A stretch of 11,098 nucleotides of DNA from Candidatus Fraserbacteria bacterium (GTDB taxonomy: Bacteria; Bipolaricaulota; Bipolaricaulia; RBG-16-55-9; DRXL01): contig CAMTVK010000024.1 in NCBI GenBank assembly GCA_947085185.1, forward strand, positions 1 through 11,098. The letters are read 5' to 3'. Below are positions 7,550 to 11,098 of this stretch, piece after piece (position 1 is the first letter of the stretch; each line of letters starts with the position of its first letter). A program made the position numbers and the translations under genes. The notes under the pieces are model-generated. The model searched no databases. It worked only from the letters and a program-made list of their open reading frames with translations, and was not told the DNA's origin.

Positions 7550-7952
7550 GGTCTTCGTGGATACGGCGGCTTGGTTAGCTCTTCTTAACAGAGACGATCA
7601 CTTTCACAAGCAAGCCAAGGCAGTACGCGATCAGTTAGTAGCTTCTCAAGCGAGTTTTATCACTACAGATTGGATCTTGTTAGAAGTTGCGAACACCCTG
7701 AGCAAGCGACGCTTTCGAAAAGCAGCCGTTCGCCTCATTGAAGCAGTCTTGCGATCCCCGAACATTCGTGTGGTGAGAGCAGACCCTTATCTTTGGGACA
7801 GGGCCTGGGATCTCTATAAGAAGAGCCAAGACAAAGACTGGAGTCTAACGGACTGTCTGAGTTTTGTCGTGATGCGTGACGAAGGCATTCGCCAAGCTTT
7901 TACTATGGATCGTCATTTTGAGCAAGCTGGCTTTATGAAGTTATTATCGTGA
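7542..7952 (+). CDS. vapC: PIN-domain ribonuclease toxin (VapC family, COG2402-like), 136 aa
   Basis: VFVDTAAW, TTDWILLE, WSLTDCLSF and AFTMDRHFEQAGF; the acidic catalytic set D7, E48, D104, D123 is intact. Confidence 0.92.
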   Translation: MARVFVDTAAWLALLNRDDHFHKQAKAVRDQLVASQASFITTDWILLEVANTLSKRRFRKAAVRLIEAVLRSPNIRVVRADPYLWDRAWDLYKKSQDKDWSLTDCLSFVVMRDEGIRQAFTMDRHFEQAGFMKLLS

Positions 7953-8043
7953 GCTTAGAGAACACGAGCCATAATTCTGAAATCCTCGAGGAATATGGGT
8001 CCTGCTGTTCGCTCCTCACCCAGCCCTCAAGAAGACTCTATCT

Positions 8044-9135
8044 CTATAACTCTCCTTCCAACTGCCTGAGCAGCTCCTGCGCTCGTCGGCTTAAACCCTT
8101 GGGCACTTGGACTTTCACCGTGACGTAGTGATCACCCTTGCCTGGGCTTTGGAGATGCGGGATGCCTTTTCCAGCAAGCTTAAACGTCTCTCCTGGTTGA
8201 GTCCCCGCCGGGATTATGAGCTCTTCTTCGCCGTAGAGCGTGGGGACTTTCAGGCGCGCCCCTAATGCTGCTTGCGTAAATGTAATGGGCAGCTCGGTAT
8301 AGATATCATCGCCTTTTCGCTGGAAGATCGAGTGTGGGCGCACTTCGACAGTGATATAGAGATCGCCTGGCGGGCCGCCCTCCAGCCCGGCGTTGCCCTC
8401 GCCCGCAAGACGCAGCCGCGACCCCGTATCTACCCCCGGCGGAATCTTGACAGAGAGTTGGCTCTCGACTTTGATGCGACCGGAGCCACGACAGCGCCGA
8501 CAGGGATTCTCTATGATCTCCCCCGTGCCGCCGCAGCGCCCGCACGTGCGGATGTTCACAAAGCTCCCCAGCAGCGTTTGCTGGCGATACTGGATCTCCC
8601 CGCGACCATGACAGTCAGGACAAGGAGTGCGCTGCGTCCCAGGCTCGACCCCTGCCCCACGACAGACGTCACACGCGATATATCTGGGCACAGTGAGCTT
8701 CATCTGAGCACCAAAAGCTGCGTCTTCTAGATTAATGCGCAGACGGTACTCTAAATCTTCGCCGCGTTGGGCGCGACTGCGCCGCCGCTCGCGCGTGGTG
8801 CGCGTGCGCAGTCCCTCCCCAAAGAACATATCAAAGATATCCTCCCAAGCCGAGCCAAAACCAAACTCTTCGAAGGCCTGGCGCGCTCGCCGGAAATCCC
8901 CAAGATCGAAATCGAAGCGTTGCTCCGGCCCCACGTGCCCAAAACGATCGTACTGGGCGCGCTTGTCAGGGTCGCTCAGCACTTCGTACGCTTCGGCGAC
9001 CTCTTTAAATTTTTCAGGGTCGCCGCCCTTGTCAGGATGATATCTCTTCGCGAGCTGCCGAAAGGCTTTTTTGATCTCTTCTTGCGAAGCGTCCCGCGAG
9101 ACGCCTAAGATCGAGTAATAGTCCCTCTTGGCCAT
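8044..9135 (-). CDS. dnaJ: Chaperone DnaJ (class A)
   Basis: J-domain ([10 protein letters not shown]...HPD), G/F region with DIF, four CxxCxGxG repeats ([32 protein letters not shown]), and C-terminal GDLY and [10 protein letters not shown]-like GGAAGGT upstream. Confidence 0.98.
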   Translation of the reverse strand: MAKRDYYSILGVSRDASQEEIKKAFRQLAKRYHPDKGGDPEKFKEVAEAYEVLSDPDKRAQYDRFGHVGPEQRFDFDLGDFRRARQAFEEFGFGSAWEDIFDMFFGEGLRTRTTRERRRSRAQRGEDLEYRLRINLEDAAFGAQMKLTVPRYIACDVCRGAGVEPGTQRTPCPDCHGRGEIQYRQQTLLGSFVNIRTCGRCGGTGEIIENPCRRCRGSGRIKVESQLSVKIPPGVDTGSRLRLAGEGNAGLEGGPPGDLYITVEVRPHSIFQRKGDDIYTELPITFTQAALGARLKVPTLYGEEELIIPAGTQPGETFKLAGKGIPHLQSPGKGDHYVTVKVQVPKGLSRRAQELLRQLEGEL

Positions 9136-9150
9136 AGAGACCTTCCCATG

Positions 9151-9182
9151 GAATCACGGAGCACTCTGGTGTGCCGTGATTC
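9151..9182 (-). other. Intergenic stem-loop between dnaK and dnaJ (no U-tail)
   Basis: Perfect 9-bp inverted repeat GAATCACGG (9151-9159) / CCGTGATTC (9174-9182) with further inner pairing; it overlaps the dnaK stop codon. Confidence 0.6.
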
Positions 9183-11034
9183 AATCGTCCTTCTTCTCGT
9201 ACTCTGCGTCGATATACTTCTCGCCCTTGCCGTCTGCAGACTGCTGCTCGGAGCTAGGCCCGCTGGCGGCTTGAGCACCGCTCGTTTGGTAGATCTCCCG
9301 GCCAAGCTCCAGACTGACTTCTTCGAGCTCCTTCATGAGTTGGCGAATTTCAGCAATGGGGGCCTGAGCCTTGAGCTTCTCCTTGAGGGTATCAACGGCG
9401 CGTTGGATGCGGCTGCGCGTCGCTGCGCTCACCTTCTCGCCATGCTCCTTCAGGGCTTTCTCGGCCGAATAGACCAACTGATCGGCGCGGTTGCGCGTCT
9501 CTACCTCTTCGGCACGCCGACGGTCCTCCTCTTCGTAGCGCTTCGCGTCCTCCTGCATGCGCTTGATCTCTTCGTCGCTCAGGCGCGACTGCTCCTTGAT
9601 CACGATGCTCGCGGACTTGCCCGTCGCTTTGTCCTTGGCTGTGACATGTAAGATGCCGTCCACGTCAATGCTGAACGTCACGTCAATCTGCGGGACACCG
9701 CGAGGTGCCGGCGCAATCCCTGTGAGCTGAAAACGACCGAGCGATTTGTTATCAGCGGCGAACTTGCGCTCCCCTTGGACAATGTGAATATCTACAGTCG
9801 TCTGGCCGTCTTCAGCAGTCGTAAACGTCTTGGTGCGCTCGACTGGGATGGTCGTGTTTCGCTCGATGATGGGCGTCGCGATGCCGCCGAGGGTCTCAAT
9901 AGAGAGCGTAAGCGGGGTCACGTCCAAGAGCACAATCTGGTCGACTTCACCGGCGAGCACCCCGCCCTGGATCGCCGCGCCCATGGCCACGACTTCATCG
10001 GGGTTGATCTCTTTGTTGAGCTTAGCTGAGCCGAACAGCTCCGCGACGCGTTCTTGGACTCTCGGCATACGGGTGCTGCCACCGACCAACACGACTTGCT
10101 GAATTTCTTTCACCGAGAGCTTCGCATCGCTGAGCGCTTGCTCGACTATCTTGATAGTGCGCTCGACCAAGTCGTCCGTGAGGGCTTGGAACTTGGCGCG
10201 GGTGAGCTTGCGCTCTAAGTGCTTGGGCCCTCGGGCATCCGCGGCGATATAGGGCAAGCTGATGAGCGTCTCAGTCTTGAACGAGAGCTCTTTCTTTGCG
10301 GCTTCCGCAGCGTCTTTGAGGCGCTGCAGCGCCGCCAGATCTTTGGAGAGATCAATGCCCGTCTCGGCTTTGAATTCCGCGATCAGCCAATCTATAATGC
10401 GCTGATCGAAGTCCTTGCCGCCCAGATACGTGTCTCCTGAAGTCGCTTTGACTTCAAAGACCCCATCGCCAATATCCAAGATCGTGACGTCGAACGTCCC
10501 GCCGCCAAGATCATAGACCAAGATCGTCTCGTCTTTCTCTTTATCGAGCCCATAGGCCAATGACGCTGCCGTAGGCTCATTGATGATGCGCTCGACTTCG
10601 AGCCCTGCGATCTTGCCCGCGTCTTTGGTCGCCTGACGCTGCTGTTGGTTGAAGTACGCCGGGACGGTGATCACGGCTTTGGTGATCTTAAACCCGAGCT
10701 TCTCTTCAGCATCTTTCTTGAGCTTCTGCAGGATCATCGCGGAGATCTCTTCTGGGGAATACTCTTTTGTCGTTCCCCCGGCAGTGATCTTCACGCGATA
10801 GTCCGTGCCCATCTTGCGCTTGATCTCTTGCACAGTGCGTTCGGGGTTCATGACCGCTTGACGTTTGGCGAGCGTCCCGACTAGGCGCTCTCCGGTCTCA
10901 GTAAACGCGACTACAGAAGGCGTGATGCGTTCACCCTCTGCGTTGGTGATGATCTCTGGCTTGCCGCCCTCCATAAGGGCAATCACAGACTTCGTCGTTC
11001 CCAAATCAATACCAACGATTCTCTCTTTGGCCAT
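9181..11034 (-). CDS. dnaK: Chaperone DnaK (Hsp70)
   Basis: [57 protein letters not shown], linker [17 protein letters not shown] and C-terminal IDAEYE. SD AAGGAGGT at 11039-11046 (- strand). Confidence 0.99.
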   Translation of the reverse strand: MAKERIVGIDLGTTKSVIALMEGGKPEIITNAEGERITPSVVAFTETGERLVGTLAKRQAVMNPERTVQEIKRKMGTDYRVKITAGGTTKEYSPEEISAMILQKLKKDAEEKLGFKITKAVITVPAYFNQQQRQATKDAGKIAGLEVERIINEPTAASLAYGLDKEKDETILVYDLGGGTFDVTILDIGDGVFEVKATSGDTYLGGKDFDQRIIDWLIAEFKAETGIDLSKDLAALQRLKDAAEAAKKELSFKTETLISLPYIAADARGPKHLERKLTRAKFQALTDDLVERTIKIVEQALSDAKLSVKEIQQVVLVGGSTRMPRVQERVAELFGSAKLNKEINPDEVVAMGAAIQGGVLAGEVDQIVLLDVTPLTLSIETLGGIATPIIERNTTIPVERTKTFTTAEDGQTTVDIHIVQGERKFAADNKSLGRFQLTGIAPAPRGVPQIDVTFSIDVDGILHVTAKDKATGKSASIVIKEQSRLSDEEIKRMQEDAKRYEEEDRRRAEEVETRNRADQLVYSAEKALKEHGEKVSAATRSRIQRAVDTLKEKLKAQAPIAEIRQLMKELEEVSLELGREIYQTSGAQAASGPSSEQQSADGKGEKYIDAEYEKKDD

Positions 11035-11047
11035 GGCAACCTCCTTT

Positions 11048-11098
11048 TTAAGAATCTTCCGCCTTGTCTACGTGTTTGCTGACTTTGACTTTGCTGGG
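11048..11098 (-). CDS. grpE: 3' end of nucleotide exchange factor GrpE (partial, runs off the window)
   Basis: The minus strand reads [16 protein letters not shown], matching the GrpE C-terminal (R)PAxVxVxK motif. The stop lies next to the dnaK SD, consistent with grpE-dnaK-dnaJ order. Only 16 residues are visible. Confidence 0.75.
   Translation of the reverse strand, partial: PSKVKVSKHVDKAEDS

Noticed and set aside
7958..7972. Reverse-strand ATGGCTCGTGTTCTC resembling the vapC start (11/15), suggesting terminal inverted repeats or 5'-3' pairing
   Set aside because: Short and imperfect, with no target-site duplication or transposase; compatible with chance.
9158..9184. CIRCE-like half site (GGAGCACTC) between dnaK and dnaJ
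   Set aside because: The second half matches GAGTGCTAA at only 4/9, and the position is not a promoter region; the stem-loop explains the sequence better.
9148..10884. Series of + strand ORFs antisense to dnaK
   Set aside because: Antisense open frames opposite Hsp70 genes are a known codon-bias effect; here they are fragmented and lack SDs or motifs.
1..11098. CRISPR array, tRNA/rRNA, transposase/integrase, or a new multi-gene defence system
   Set aside because: No spaced direct repeats, RNA-gene signatures or recombinase motifs were seen; almost all the sequence is accounted for by recognisable genes.

Overview
A bacterial chromosomal segment, probably the start of a short-read contig: bases 1-18 are Illumina adapter sequence. 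It is mostly housekeeping. The + strand carries valS-folC-cdsA, then a short, apparently frameshifted and truncated membrane-protein remnant ending in an intrinsic terminator. Next come a YhaQ/YhaP-like ABC-2 exporter pair, possibly on a leaderless transcript, and a type II toxin-antitoxin module (atypical antitoxin plus PIN/VapC) under a perfect sigma70 promoter. Converging on the - strand is the end of a grpE-dnaK-dnaJ operon. I see no mobile element, CRISPR array, RNA gene or convincingly new multi-gene system. The observations most worth checking are small: Asp at the normally carbamylated Lys of FolC, a hidden sensor-like remnant broken at a G7 tract, the likely leaderless ABC operon, the composite antitoxin with a candidate operator, non-canonical residues in DnaK and ValS, and a stem-loop between dnaK and dnaJ. 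All family assignments come from motif recognition by eye, not database searches.
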